Of a stretch of 64,000 bases of DNA, positions 50,235 to 62,787 are shown one piece after another. The position numbers and the translations under genes are program-made. Origin of the DNA: Haplodiscus bocki. Lineage: Eukaryota. Position 1 is the stretch's first letter. Every line of letters begins with the position of its first letter. The stretch covers positions 806,001-870,000 of the forward strand of contig OZ296649.1 in NCBI GenBank assembly GCA_965655095.1. The letters run 5' to 3'. The notes beneath the pieces are model-generated. The model searched no databases. It saw only the letters and a program-made list of their open reading frames with translations, and had not been told where the DNA came from.

Positions 50235-50948
50235 CTAAATACTCGATTCTGATTGCTGTCGACAACTTTTCGGGTAAGTTGACAGCAGTGTTTTAACATC
50301 GGCCATAGTTCGACAATGTACCAAGATAGGGTATGGCCCAGTAAAGTATTAATGTTTGGTATACCTCAGCAATGTGTTAGGATTGGGCATAACTCAGCAA
50401 TAATTTAGTATTTGGGCGTTGCTTAGCAATGTAATGAAACAGGGTGTACCTCATCAATGTGTTAGGATTGGGCATAACTCAACAATGCATTAGTCTTTGG
50501 GAAATGGTTAGCATTGTAATAAGATAAAGTACACCTGTACAATGTGTTAGGATTGGGCATAGCTCAGCAATGTATTAGTTTTTGGCAATTGCTTAGTAAT
50601 GTAATAAGATAGGGTATACCTCAACAATGCGCTCGGATTGGGCATAGCTCAGCAATGTAAAAATGTTGGGTTGAGCTCAACAGTAGAATAAAACAGGCTG
50701 TAGTTCAGCAAAGTAAAAAGATAGCGTACACTACCCACCAATTTATTGAGACAGGTTATACTTCGGTAATGCATTATTATATGGTTTGAATTTGGGTGTC
50801 CTAGTCAATGAATTGAGAATTAAAAAGGGTTGCGTTTTTGGCACAAACCAGAAACTGAGTGTATGAGTCCGTCAGTGTTTTAGGAGTTGCGATCCGAACC
50901 GATTTTGTCCCACAATGTAATATGATAGCGTCTAGAGCCAGTCGCCTC
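50235..50948 (+). mobile_element. Satellite element: head + 85-bp trimer array + tail
   Basis: Head motif at 50241; aatg(t/c)g..ggattgggcata at 50371, 50456, 50541 and 50626; tail homologous to 46995-47210 and ending in GTCGCCT. Confidence 0.85.
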
Positions 50949-51149
50949 AACTTTAACTTTCACCTACCTTCCTCCATAAGATGTAGGCATCATTTAGCAT
51001 TCAAATTAAGAGAAGCAGTTAGACACAAGAGATAATCGTTTACCTATGAGCATAATGCTACCAATTTTGAAAAATGGTTGATATGATTCCATGTTTTTTG
51101 ATTTTCAAAAAAAGACTCCTGTCTCAAACATTTTACATGCTTGCTTGTC

Positions 51150-51950
51150 CTCAAACTCCATGATTTGAGTAGACAGACCCAAAGGAATCCTGAAAACACA
51201 GCTTGTTTATCAAATTTTACAAATTTGTTGTGGTATCTTACAGTAATGCAGACTCCGTTGCTGAAAATTCAAACCCCTTTTTGTTTTTTGAGTGACACTT
51301 CGACGCAAAAGTACTGCTTAATGGTTATTTTGTAACGCAAAACTATGTTTTTGTAGTTTTTCAATCAGAAGGAACTAAAAACAATTACCTTGACAACTTC
51401 ATCAGACATGTTAAAGAGACAATAAGTATAAAAATCCTTAAGCAATTTAAAAAAAAATTTAAACTACGAGGCATATATGTCTGGCTTTCTGATTGAGATC
51501 TCTAACATTCACACAATCACTTTTGGTTAACAAAGACATTTTTTGTCTCACAAATCACCTGCAGGTTACATTTGGGATGAAATGTCTTTGATTGTTTACT
51601 GAAATTATGAGGACCAGGATCGACAATGATAAACATCGGAACAAGAGTTGCGACGGTGACCATTGTTTTTTCTACTTCAGGAAATGCGGCTTCGATTGAA
51701 AGTAAAATGTTGCAGTACACAACAATATTTATAAAACTCCATCAATGTACATTGAGCGAATCAAAAACCCAAGTTTTCATTTTGTCAAACGTCCTTGCTG
51801 GTCTCTCAATACATTGCGTGGATCAGAAACAGCACTCAAACCCGTACTTTTTAACAAAATCTGTAATTATTGGTTTTGTTGACATAGCAAATGAGTACAT
51901 GCCGGCGTACAATATAGGCGCAGGCTTGCAAAATCATCTTTTTTAGAGTT
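51150..51950 (-). pseudogene. Probable PIF/Harbinger (DDE_Tnp_4) transposase relic
   Basis: AFPEV..VATLVPMFIIVDPG...CNLQVICETKNVF resembles GFPxVxGxIDxTHxxI...SxNxQxxCD; downstream PQQICKI..SCVF resembles the ACxxLHN region. Confidence 0.5.
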
Positions 51951-52273
51951 TGCATCAATGTAAATGTGCAGATTACAAGTTTTTCTTGTTAGCATTTGTT
52001 CTATCTAACTAAATTTTTTGAATTAAAATCAATCTTTTAACATAGCATTAGGTCGAAACAGTTTCAACAAGGGTAACAGAAAGTGATTGACAACTCTTGC
52101 GGTTTTTCTGTTTTTTTGTGGTTATTCTTTCCTTTTATGGTCTTTCCATAAAATGTTTTTTGTGAGAGACAACACAGGATACAGATTTTTCGCCATTTTT
52201 CTTTTTGTCGTTGCCTCATTCGAGTTGCTACAATCTTTTCGTTTGTTGCGATTTTCCTGTAAAATTACTGTTC

Positions 52274-53035
52274 CACAGGCGTCAGAGAGCTATCTTCTAT
52301 CCTACTACAGTGCGGAACTAAACCCTATGTTATTACAATTTCGAACTATACCCTAGCTTAATACATTACGGAACTTTACCCCATCTTAATAGAATACCGA
52401 ACTATACACGATCCTAATACATTACCGAACTAAACCCCATCTTAATACATTTTCGGAGTACATCCTATTTTATTTCATTACCGAACTATACACTATCTCA
52501 ATACAATACAGGACTATACCCTACCTTATTACTTTGCCGAACTCTACAATACCTTCATACATTAGCGATCCATACCCTATCTTAAAAGACTGAGCAGAAC
52601 TTTACGCCTTCTTAAAACATTACCGAAACATACCCTATCTTTATACATTATCGAACTAAACCCTATATTGATACATTACCGAGCTCTAGCGAATATTAAT
52701 ACATTACCGATCTATACCTATGTCAATACATTACCGAACTAAACCATATCTTATTACATTTTCGAACTACACCCTATCTTATTACATTACCGAACTATAC
52801 CATATCATAGTACAATAGGGAACTATATCCTACCTTATTAAATTGCCGAACTCTACCCTATCTTCATACATTAGCGAACTATACCCTATCTTAATACATT
52901 ACCGAACTAAACCATATCTTTATACGTTACCGAACTACACCATATCTTATTACATTACAAAATTATACCCTATCTTTAAACATTGTCGAATCATACCTTA
53001 GTTTAGTACATTGCCGAAGTATCCTTCCACATTGC
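52274..53035 (-). mobile_element. Satellite element, minus strand, with CACAGGCGT terminus and 28-bp array (plus-strand unit TACATTACCGAACTATACCCTATCTTAA)
   Basis: CACAGGCGT at 52274 leads directly into ~25 monomers. Confidence 0.85.
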
Positions 53036-53053
53036 ATAAGTCAAAACAGTATC

Positions 53054-53582
53054 CACAGGCGTAAAAATTAACCGCAGGCATCTTAATTAGTCCTCCCAGT
53101 AATATTTATGCGCGCGGCCTCTGGAAAAAAATCAATAAAACTTCTCGAAGAAGTCACGCGGTGCCGAAAATTGTCGCACAGTGCCGAAAATATCATATCC
53201 CGTACCTTAATACCTTGCGAGACCATTCAATAGCCTTATACATTACCATAAACACCATCCTAATACATTGCCGTCTTATCATAATACATTGAAGAACCTA
53301 TACCCTATTTTATTACATCTCCGAAACTATACCCTATCTCAATACATTATTACCCTATCCCATATCTTAATACATTGCCGAAACTATGCACTATCTTGAT
53401 ACATTGACGAAACTATACCCTATCTCAATACATTGCCGAAACTATACCCTATCTTAATACATTGCCGAAACTATATCCTATCTTAATACATGGCCATGAC
53501 CCTTTGACCCTTCTCGGCCCTGGGCACGAGTCGGCTGCTATAGCCTATCTTAATACATGGAGGGTATACCGCCCCCCGTCTG
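53054..53582 (-). mobile_element. Compact, apparently complete satellite element (~530 bp) with 29-bp monomers
   Basis: Starts CACAGGCGT, ends CCGCCCCCCGTCTG; ATC on both flanks (53051-53053, 53583-53585); monomers ACATTGCCGAAACTATACCCTATCTTAAT; right end homologous to the heads at 1338 and 12827. Confidence 0.7.
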
Positions 53583-53699
53583 ATCAGTTCCACCATCTAC
53601 TACTGCAGAGAGTTAACAGTGAAAAAACTTAGAAAATGAACTAATTGCTGTCCAGAACTGATCAAACAGTTAACTAATCACTGCTTGTGGGAAAACCAG

Positions 53700-54100
53700 A
53701 CGGTAAGACGCAAAGACACGGGGAATAAAGTCGCACTGCAATGCTAGATGTCCAAAAATGATATTAGAGGAACCTATGGCAAAAAATTACAGGCATATTT
53801 TAAAAACTGACCAACATAGCCCTAGAACTAAGTATCCAAAAGATTCGTTGTCATCAAGAGACAGTCTTACTTGAGATATTCTTGCAATTTTCAGTCCACG
53901 CAGATATGAAGTTGACAAAAGGGGGCCGGTTACAACCAAAAAATTGCAGAATCAAGCCAATGGAGGTCAAATCACTTTTGGAATCCAATTGCAAAGGTTT
54001 CAGTAACATTGCAATATGAGTAACCTTGAACTCAAGACGTGACTCACAGATGAAAACAACAATTCAAAAAACAAGGCAGTTACAAAGACAAAGAAGATTA
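53700..54100 (+). repeat. Degenerate coding-like segment duplicated at 57990-58400
   Basis: gcagatatgaagttgac / gcagagatgaagttgac and atcacttttggaatcca..cattgcaatatga are shared. Confidence 0.7.
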
Positions 54101-54999
54101 AGTAGAGAAGTGTGAAAATGTACTAGTGTACTAGTGTAGAAAATGGAGACTTTTGAGCCTCGCTCTGAAAGCAGGTATTTTCTAGTACTACTACCGACCG
54201 CTGACAAAATCATGCAAAAAACAACACTGAAAAAAAGACCCACATAAAACAAAACATGCTGTTCCTCAGTCACATTACGTTTCATCACAGTATTCGGTCA
54301 AAGCAAGTTTTTTCACCTATTTTAAGGCTCTGTTTATTTTTGAAGGATTTTTTCTTCATGCTGAAATATTGGCTTTTTTTCAACCATAAAACCATGCACA
54401 TACTTTACAGTGGCTTACAGACGATATTTCTGCTGTGCTTTATGGTGGAGTGTTTTCGCATAAAAATTATTATTGGCCCACTTTATTGAGCATTCCTGGT
54501 AAAGACGTATAATCATACATTCTGTACAGGTTCACCGGTGGACCATCTTTCCCCCTCCCGCTCGGATTTTCTGCAGAATCTGTGCTAATGCACCATAACT
54601 ATATCCTAGTGAAACGGATGATAGGCTGACTAAACCTATAAAGTGAAAATAACTAGTGGGTATACCGTATTTTGTCCCAAACTAGTATCGATCGAATGAT
54701 TCAAGGTAATATCAGTTTTCTAGGTTTTTTTCATCGGTTCGGTTTTGGCAAAAACATGTGTTCGCGCCACATTTCAACCGCCTAAAACTTATTTACAAAA
54801 CGAATGGAAAAAATTCACTTTTTTCACCTTTTGGATGTGAAATTATTGAATTGTACAGATAATTAAAATGTGAAAAAAGTCATTGCAAGTAAACTTTATT
54901 CAGCAGAAATCCAATTTTGGCAACTTTTACCCTTTTTTCAAATATACTTTTTGATGTAACTTTTTTCCACCTACTCGCAAAATATCATTTAAATGAATT

Positions 55000-57660
55000 T
55001 TTGTGTTTAGCAGTACAAATGTCAAATTAAAAAAAGTTGATGATGAATTAAATAACTGAACCCGTTATTAACAATTGACCACCAGAGCAGGGGAAATCTA
55101 TTTCTGTGATATTTGCAACGCAAAGGCACTAGAAAGTGTTTTTACAAACATAGTAAATGAAGTATTTGTCTGATCAAGAACGGCGATGAAACTAAAAATG
55201 AGACATGTAGAAAAAAATATGAAAAGATTCACAATTGTCAAGCAAAGTGTTTTTTGTCGAGTTAATTTTACTATATTAGAATGGAAGGATCATAGAAGTT
55301 GGAATTTTCATTTGAGAAACGAACATCCAGTGTGATTTTTTGATATGAATAAAAAATCTCCCTAAAAATGGAAAAGAAACGCCCTATAGCAAGGGAAGGT
55401 TCATTTGAATACAGGTTGAATAAAAAAAATTAATTTTCACAGAAGAAGAACAAACCAAATAAATATAGCACGTTTCTAGACAAGCAGGAAAAAAGAAAAA
55501 CTTTTGAAAAACAGAACATGAGAAAAAATGAAAATAGTTTCGAATTTGTAACTAATGAAGCTATTGAAAATATCGATGAAATGAATGAAAAAAGAGATAT
55601 ATTGAGAGTCTGAATGTTTTTCAAGTAAGGCAGTTAAAAAAACCTAAAAGTATATCTTTCCTTTTGACAGGTACAATTAAAATGAGAACAGTAGTAAAAA
55701 AATTCTTTGCCTTTTAAGCACATAGAAGCCTACGAAACCTACAAATACCAAAGCCAATTAAAGTATGACGGTGCTGATGTAGTTTTTAATGAATGTTTGA
55801 TTGAATTTACTCGTCTTCTGTTTGAAAATTTCAATCGTGGTGAATACGGTAAAGAGAGTGTTTTTCTTTGTGAAAAAACAGAATACGGAAGAAACTAAAT
55901 ATTTCGTTCCCACAAAATACAAATGTTTTCCAAAATGCAATCGTGTTTCAACCGAAAAACTTTCATTGGAAGATATTATCAATTTCATTGAGGGTTTTAG
56001 CAGGAGAGGAATAGTTATGAATGAAGCTAGAGTTGAAGCAATTACTAAGAAAGTTGGCATAGATATTGAATAAATTATTGAGGAACAGATTTAACCTAGA
56101 TCATGCGAAGAAAGAAATAAATGTCTTTATCTGCATAAATCTTTTTTCTGTGTAATATGGAAAAATGAAGGTGTAACTCAACTAAAAACTACTGACAAGG
56201 AAAAAAAAGCTTTGAAGTGCAAGCAGCTTTTCTTAATTACGTTATTTTTATTGCATAATAAAAGTTTTTTGAATTCCCTACAAAAATAGAACAGCAATTA
56301 ACTGACGAAGTATTTACAAATCCTAAACTTTTAACGGAGATGAGGCCGAACCTTATGGAGTTAGTGTTTATTTCATTTCAAGAATACTGGGAAAATATGA
56401 TCGAGATTTGAAAAATGAAGGGACTGGCAAATGTAAAAAAGTACAGTTGTAATGGAAGATGAAGATTGTGTTAGGCAAATTCTTGAATACCTGAAAAAAA
56501 CATGAAGGTGAGCCTAAATGGATAAAATTCAAGTCTAAGCTTCTACTTGGTGAATATGAACTAATGTTTGATGCTCATAATGGATCAGGTTTTCACAATA
56601 GGATAATTTTGAATATTTTACCTACTTGGTGTAGAATAAAAAACCTGATTAAGCCTGCTAGAGGTTTGAATACTGTGAAAAGTTTTGATGGTTTCTGTGG
56701 TTAGAAAGAAAATTATAAAAGAAATTGACAATTTATTGATATACTTTGCGGTATGATAGACTTAATAGGATCTTCAAAGAAATCAGGGAAAAAAATGGCT
56801 CACAACAAGAAATATTTTAGAAAGCAAGGGATCATGGAAAAATATTTGAAAACATTTGGGAAGATCTACGAGTATAATGGTTACCAGATATGAAGAAGGA
56901 TGTTCTATCGTTCACTTTTGTTTGAGCAAAATACAAAATGCTTACATCGATAACTACTGGGTTGGGAAAAAAAGATTGCTAAGCTCTCCCTTCTTTAGGT
57001 TGGAAATTTTTAAATTCGTTGAGATTAAAAGAAGATGAACCCATATATACATACACAGCCAAAATTAGGAGATATACTGTCAAACAGAGCATAGAAAGAG
57101 GAAAACTAGGAGCTTTAAACAACAACCAATATTATCACAGTGAAAACTTGGATCTTATATATATTATCAATGAAAAATTAAACATTTTCGGAAAGATTCC
57201 CATCTTTGATATACTAGAACAATAAATAAAATGCATTGAGGACTTTGAAAAAAAAATAATTGAAAATTGTGGAATTAAATTTGTTCATTAAACAAAAACC
57301 GATAAAAAAGAGCAAAGAAAAACTCATCAACAGAGAACTTTCAGAGTTAACAATTTCTTAGAAATTACAGCGAGTGAAACTTGACGATTTAAAATTTGAT
57401 TTTGATCCTAATCCATCGTATACTTCAGCAATGGCACAAATAGATTCAATTTATCAAAAACTGAGACAAGTTTCGTTTTCACTAAAGATATGAATGATGA
57501 ACTTGTTGATAGTTTTAGAAGAAAAAAGTTTGGAATTTAAAATACAGAAGGTTTAACAACTAATGAAGGAAACTTAAAAATCTTTTTTCTTAACCCAGAA
57601 AACATATTCGTACAAAACGTGCCTGTTAAAGAAAAAATCCAGAAACAAGAAGTACACAAA
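55000..57660 (+). pseudogene. Second-family protein-primed PolB relic (Polinton/adintovirus-like), AT-rich
   Basis: YFCDIC zinc finger (~55100), AHNGSGF (ExoII, 56573), EDEPIYTYT..VKQSIERGKLGA, DFDPNPSYTSAM (motif A, 57398-57433); truncated before motifs B and C. Confidence 0.8.
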
Positions 57661-57699
57661 TGAGGGGGAAGTAAACGCTGGGCTGCATCCAGTACACCT

Positions 57700-58400
57700 C
57701 AGTTATGTCTGAACAACTTGTATGCATCTGAAAAAGTTCAAGTATTTCATGGTCTCCGCTGCCAAGAAATTCAATTCCGGCACCAGCAGGGCCATCAAGG
57801 AGAAAGTGCTATATCAAACTTCGTTAATATCATTCAAAACAATCTTTTCACAATGAAGGGTGTAGAACATCATCAGAGAGTTAACAAAAAACGAAACTTG
57901 GAAAACGGACTTACTTTTTTCCGGAAAAAATCAAACAATTTTTTCTTTACTACATGCGGGAATACTAGACGGGAAGATGCGAAAACATAGGATGTACAAA
58001 GATGTAAAGTTCCATGGAAGTGCTAGGGCTGAGAAATCGTTATTAGAAAAAGCTATGGCTAAGAAGTGCAGGCACATTGGAAGAACACACCGGATTACCC
58101 CTCAGACTAACTGTCAAAAAGACCTAATGGCGTGAGAAGAGAATCATACCTGAACAATTTTTGCAGATTTCAGTTTCTGCAGAGATGAAGTTGACGAAAT
58201 GGGGCATATCACAACCAAAACTGGGGAATCAGTCCATATTTGGTCGGATCACTTTTGGAATCCATTTGCGAACGTTTCCCTTCCCTAGCATTGCAATATG
58301 AAAAGACCTCAACTGACAACAAGACCTATAGATGGAAAGAAATTATTGAACTAAACGACGCAGCTACAACCTCAAGTACGAGGAAAGAAAAAGAGCAACT
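57700..58400 (+). pseudogene. Unassigned retroelement-like coding relic (possible gag fragment followed by the duplicated segment)
   Basis: SEKVQVF.. weakly gag-like; 57990-58400 is paralogous to 53700-54100. Confidence 0.3.
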
Positions 58401-58601
58401 GCAGCCAATTTGCTTCTTTTATGTCTGAACAACCTTTGAGCACCAGGTCCAATACATGTATGCAATTCAAAAAGCTCAAATTTTAAAGAGTTTTCGCTGA
58501 CAAGAAACATAATTCTGACAACAGCTGGGCCACCAACGAGCCGCTGCAATAATAGACTCCGTTAAAAGTTTTCAAAACGCAAACATCACAAGGAACGGAG
58601 T

Positions 58602-60516
58602 TGTGGTGGCCTTCTTCTGGGCCAGAGTTTCGCGTCGTCTGGTTGTGGAAGATGCCTGCTTCAGGATGAGGATTACTCTGGGAGTTATCCTCATTTGTTC
58701 CCCGGTTTGTGCTGATTGCGTTCCGGGACATCTCCGGAGCAGTTCCGGAGTGGCCCCGAAATAGCCGGTTCATGAGAAAGTCGTCAAGACGTGATAACGC
58801 GCCTAATACGCGGTTTTTTGTCTCACTGAACTCCTGAGACAACTTTTCTGTGACTCTTACTTCATTTTCCTCAGAAACTTGAGTTCAGTAGTCTTCTTGT
58901 GATCTGGGAACAATCGAGTTTTGTGCCATATTGCTCCTCTTCACATTATTCATTTCTTATTGGTGCAGTTTCCTCATGTTTCTAAGAGATGCCATTTCTA
59001 CGGGAAAACTGTTTGTCAGTGATAAATATTTGATTGTGTTTTTTAAAGACAAATCAGATTATTGTTTACAGAGTTCTAGTAACGGAAAATAATAATACTG
59101 GTTAATGTAGTCAGTACCACAGAGTGCTAGTCGAAATTATAAGGTTCTAGAAGGCTCTAAATCTGTGTTCTCATTCTTCCTATTTTCACCTTTTCCTGGT
59201 GGGAAACACAATCGTTTACACCCCAAGTCAAGTTACAAATAGGGAAAGTACGTTATAGATTAAAACATCAAAGTTAAAATGCCGAATCTGGCGGAAAATA
59301 GACATTTTTTCCATCCTACTCTTACCTCATAGGACACGCCTTTTCCATCTTTCGACAGAAAATGGACGGACATAATCCGTCAGCGAGGGATATCAAAGTG
59401 TATATTCCCGCGCCGATGTATTGTACAGTTTGGTAAAAGCCCTCCATAAAACTGAAAAGATTACATATTTCCTCTAGTCAGGAAAAAAAACAAAATACAA
59501 GATGCAGCACTTTAAACATGAAAGTATTAAATTTGTATACGGAAATAATTGGAAAAAATGAATTATTATCACCCTCGTGCTCAATTTATCATTGCTCATA
59601 ACAGCTCTTCAGTGTTTGATGTTTAAAATTGAGGAGAAACCAGTAGCACTACCATTTTACTCCTCATTCATACGAGGAGCGACTAGTGGTTTCCGGATAA
59701 ATCCGTACCCACTAGCAGTGTTAGTAGTGTGCTCAAACGAAGAGTGAACTCGGAGTCGCTCCGTATTCACCACAGCACTGCAGCATGGCATAGTAACGTC
59801 ACCATACTGGTAGCGACGGAACACGTACGGAACAAATATTCACTCCGAGAGTCAATCCACATGAAATCAGTTGCTGTGCTTACAGCATCAATTTATTCAG
59901 AATTTCTAAGAAATCTGCAATTCTTGCAATCAATCGAAACATCAAATTTTTCTGAAAAGGCTGGATTTTTGTTTAATAATCAAATTTTTATAATATTACT
60001 AATGTAGCACCCTTTAGGTTAATAATGCTTCATGAATATTTCTTTGTCCGGTAACGGTTCCGCCCTAGTCCGGAAGCGTTTGTATGGTTCGTATAAAAAT
60101 GTACCAAAACTTATGTACGTTTATATCATAATTTATACTTAAACTGCTCTTCTTGCAATCAATCGAACCGTCAGATGTCATTGAAAAACGTGGATTTTTC
60201 TTCAGTAATTGAATAATTAAATTATTATAAAAATAGCACCTTTTAGGTTAATAATGCTCTATGAAAATTTGTTCGTCCGGTAACGGTTCCGTCCGGATCA
60301 GTTTGGTTTCGTATAAATGCGTACCAATAGATATGTACATTGTTAAGGATACGTATTGGAAACGTATCCATATATCTGCACAAAACTTTAAAAAAGTCTG
60401 ATAGTACATAGTCAAGAGTTTGAATAATACTGTTAGTGTTTGAGTTTTTCCTGAGCATCAGGGTGTCTTTTTGGCTGGTAGGGGCTGGCCGCATGCCTCG
60501 CAGGTGTGCTGCGACA
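58602..60516 (-). mobile_element. 3' LTR of a Gypsy-like retrotransposon (1915 bp)
   Basis: Minus strand reads TGTCGCAGC...GGCCACCACA, preceded by a PPT; homologous to 1422-3103 (e.g. atcggcgcgggaata..cactttgatatcc, gtcgaaagatggaaaa); contains a ~230-bp internal duplication. Confidence 0.85.
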
Positions 60517-60529
60517 ATCCCCCCATTTT
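60517..60529 (-). promoter_or_regulatory. Polypurine tract (AAAATGGGGGGAT) abutting the LTR
   Basis: Plus strand atccccccatttt immediately follows gctgcgaca. Confidence 0.75.
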
Positions 60530-61150
60530 GTGAAAAAACATCCCCATGCTCAGCTTTCTTTTTGTCCTCGTGGAGGCGGCGGTGTGGAGGACGGGCTTGA
60601 AGCAAAAAACACTTGTCTGGGCTCATTGGAGCCAAGAGTTTCACTAGAAGAATCATCCCAATAGACCCGTCTCGGCTCATCCTCGGAATAAATTGTATTG
60701 TCAACGGTGGTTGTGTAAGTTGTCTCCCAGCCTTCAATGGCACTCAAATTCCTTGGGGCATAGAGATTGGAACGAGATAGATGGCTCCGGTCATTGGGCG
60801 CTGTACTCTTCGTCTGGTTGGATCACGGCCTTATTAGCCAACACATTGAATGGGTTGGGTGGCAGATTGAGATCATTGAGGCTGAGTGGCACAATTGGAT
60901 GTTGACTGCCGAACCCGTATGGAATCGTGGGTTGATTAGAATCCGAATCATTTGTGACAATTTGTGGCTCCAGCGAGGCGACGGAGGAGGTGGTAATTGT
61001 CTGTCGTGCCATTGCTCCTGATAGTTGTGTCCAATTGAGGACTGCCGGAGTATTCGTCCGAGCCGGACTGCGTTCCGTTGATGAGCCCTCCACATAAAAT
61101 CATCCGATTCTGTGGATGAAGAATCCAAAGAAAGAAGTGGGTTCATCGCA
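60530..61150 (-). pseudogene. Ser/Pro-rich ORF in the 3' internal region of the LTR element
   Basis: ORFs 60791-61093 and 60550-60747 are in the same frame, separated by a stop; sense to the LTR element and ending just before the PPT. Confidence 0.45.
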
Positions 61151-62787
61151 ATAATTGATTAGAGGCAAAGAAGTTTAAAACAAGTATGAGCTGCTAAAAT
61201 TGGTGAAATGACGGCAAGAAGAGATGTTATAAGTAAAAATTAGTCGGCATCCGTCGCCAGGCGGGAGATGGTTTGAAGTTCTCGCGGTAGCATTAAAACT
61301 GCTGAAGTCGAGTAGTTGGCGCTATGACTGAAGTTAATGATTGGTTAACAAATCAAGGAATGAAGTTTAGAAATGAGGAAGTTTGAGTTTTTTTCCTCAA
61401 CGTATCCTTGAAAGTATCATGATGACGTCATTGCTGGCAGACAAATCGGTCATAGTAAAAATTAAAATAATAATGATTTTCATGAATTAAATTATAAATT
61501 CACCACGTAAAAGTCTGTTAGCCACGTTCTTCGATTTGAATTTCGAAGCATTTCCGAAAAGAGCGTCATCCTACTTGAAGACATTTTTTCATCCCAAGCG
61601 GACACTGAGTCAGTTGCTCGAGCTGCTGTTTCCCTTCCCCTTTTGATGTCCCTGGAGAGAGAGTTGCTTTAGAGGGAGGCAAAGAGAGTCCTGTGGGAGG
61701 TCCAGAGGGACCAATTGAAGTAAGCGGTGTGTGCGAGACGGAGGCTGGTACGGAGGCAGATGTGGAGGACAAGGACGTTGATGTTGTTGGCGGCGTTGAT
61801 GAGGTTGGGGTCTCTGGGTACGACTCTGAGAGTTTCACGCTCTCAGAAATCCTTCGTCAAAAGAGACTTGCCAAGAATGTATCCAAGGGTGTCGTTGACA
61901 CCGCTCACCTTTCACAATAAGCGTTTTCAAATCTTCAACATTTACCATTAACCTTCCTAGTACAAATTCTTTGCCGGCCAGTCATTGACTTCTATTAGGC
62001 TAGTTGTGCTGCGCGCGCTGAAACATGCAGATGACTCCGTGAGGCTTTTGTGTTCTAGTGTATGATTGCTCAGGAAAACCAGTGGTTCGTTCAAATGAGC
62101 CTGGATTGCCTAGGACAGATATGTTTGGTTCCCAGTTTGGGGTTGGCGCGCCAACTCAAGAAGAAGAAGTCGAGAAGAAAAAGAGTCAATCAAAGCGCGC
62201 TCCAGAGAGTCCCCTCACGGCTGTACTTGAGAGTTAGTTGCTCTCTTTTTTACATTGCAGGTTTTCAGACAGATCAGTGGCTCATTTTTTGTCCGTTTGC
62301 AGGTGATGCCGAAACGATTCCGGGGGTTTCCAGAAAGAGAGATGTCTCGACTGGCGTGGAAACTGATGGACATTGGGGGGGGGGCAAGGGGTTGTCACAT
62401 AGTTGTTACCAGAAGCCTGGCACCGTTGGCTGAGGGCCCCAGCATGATGTCCCCGAGGCTGTACGTAGTCGAGGTCAGAGCCGGTAGTTGTTGGAGCAGG
62501 TGTTTGATGATGGTAATGTTTGTGTTCAATTGAGGATTTTATTAGTGTTGTTTCATGATGACTTCAAACTTTTACCACATTTGTGCCTTTTATTTCAGTT
62601 AGTCACCGACCCTGCTGCCACTGTGATTCGTGCCACTGGTCTTCAGATGATGTCCTTGTGTCGATCCGTTTGCGAGGAAGAGAAAGCACACTTGTGGTCT
62701 CCAATGATGAATATTTTGTTTTTCTTGCCTCGATTTGGTTCAACAGTTTTCGTATTCGCTGTACAATGTACGTCTCTATGTTGACAG

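Noticed and set aside
1422-60516. The two inverted LTRs as TIRs of one ~59-kb element
   Set aside because: They are substantially diverged; one has its own TSD and the other its own PPT, indicating independent insertions.
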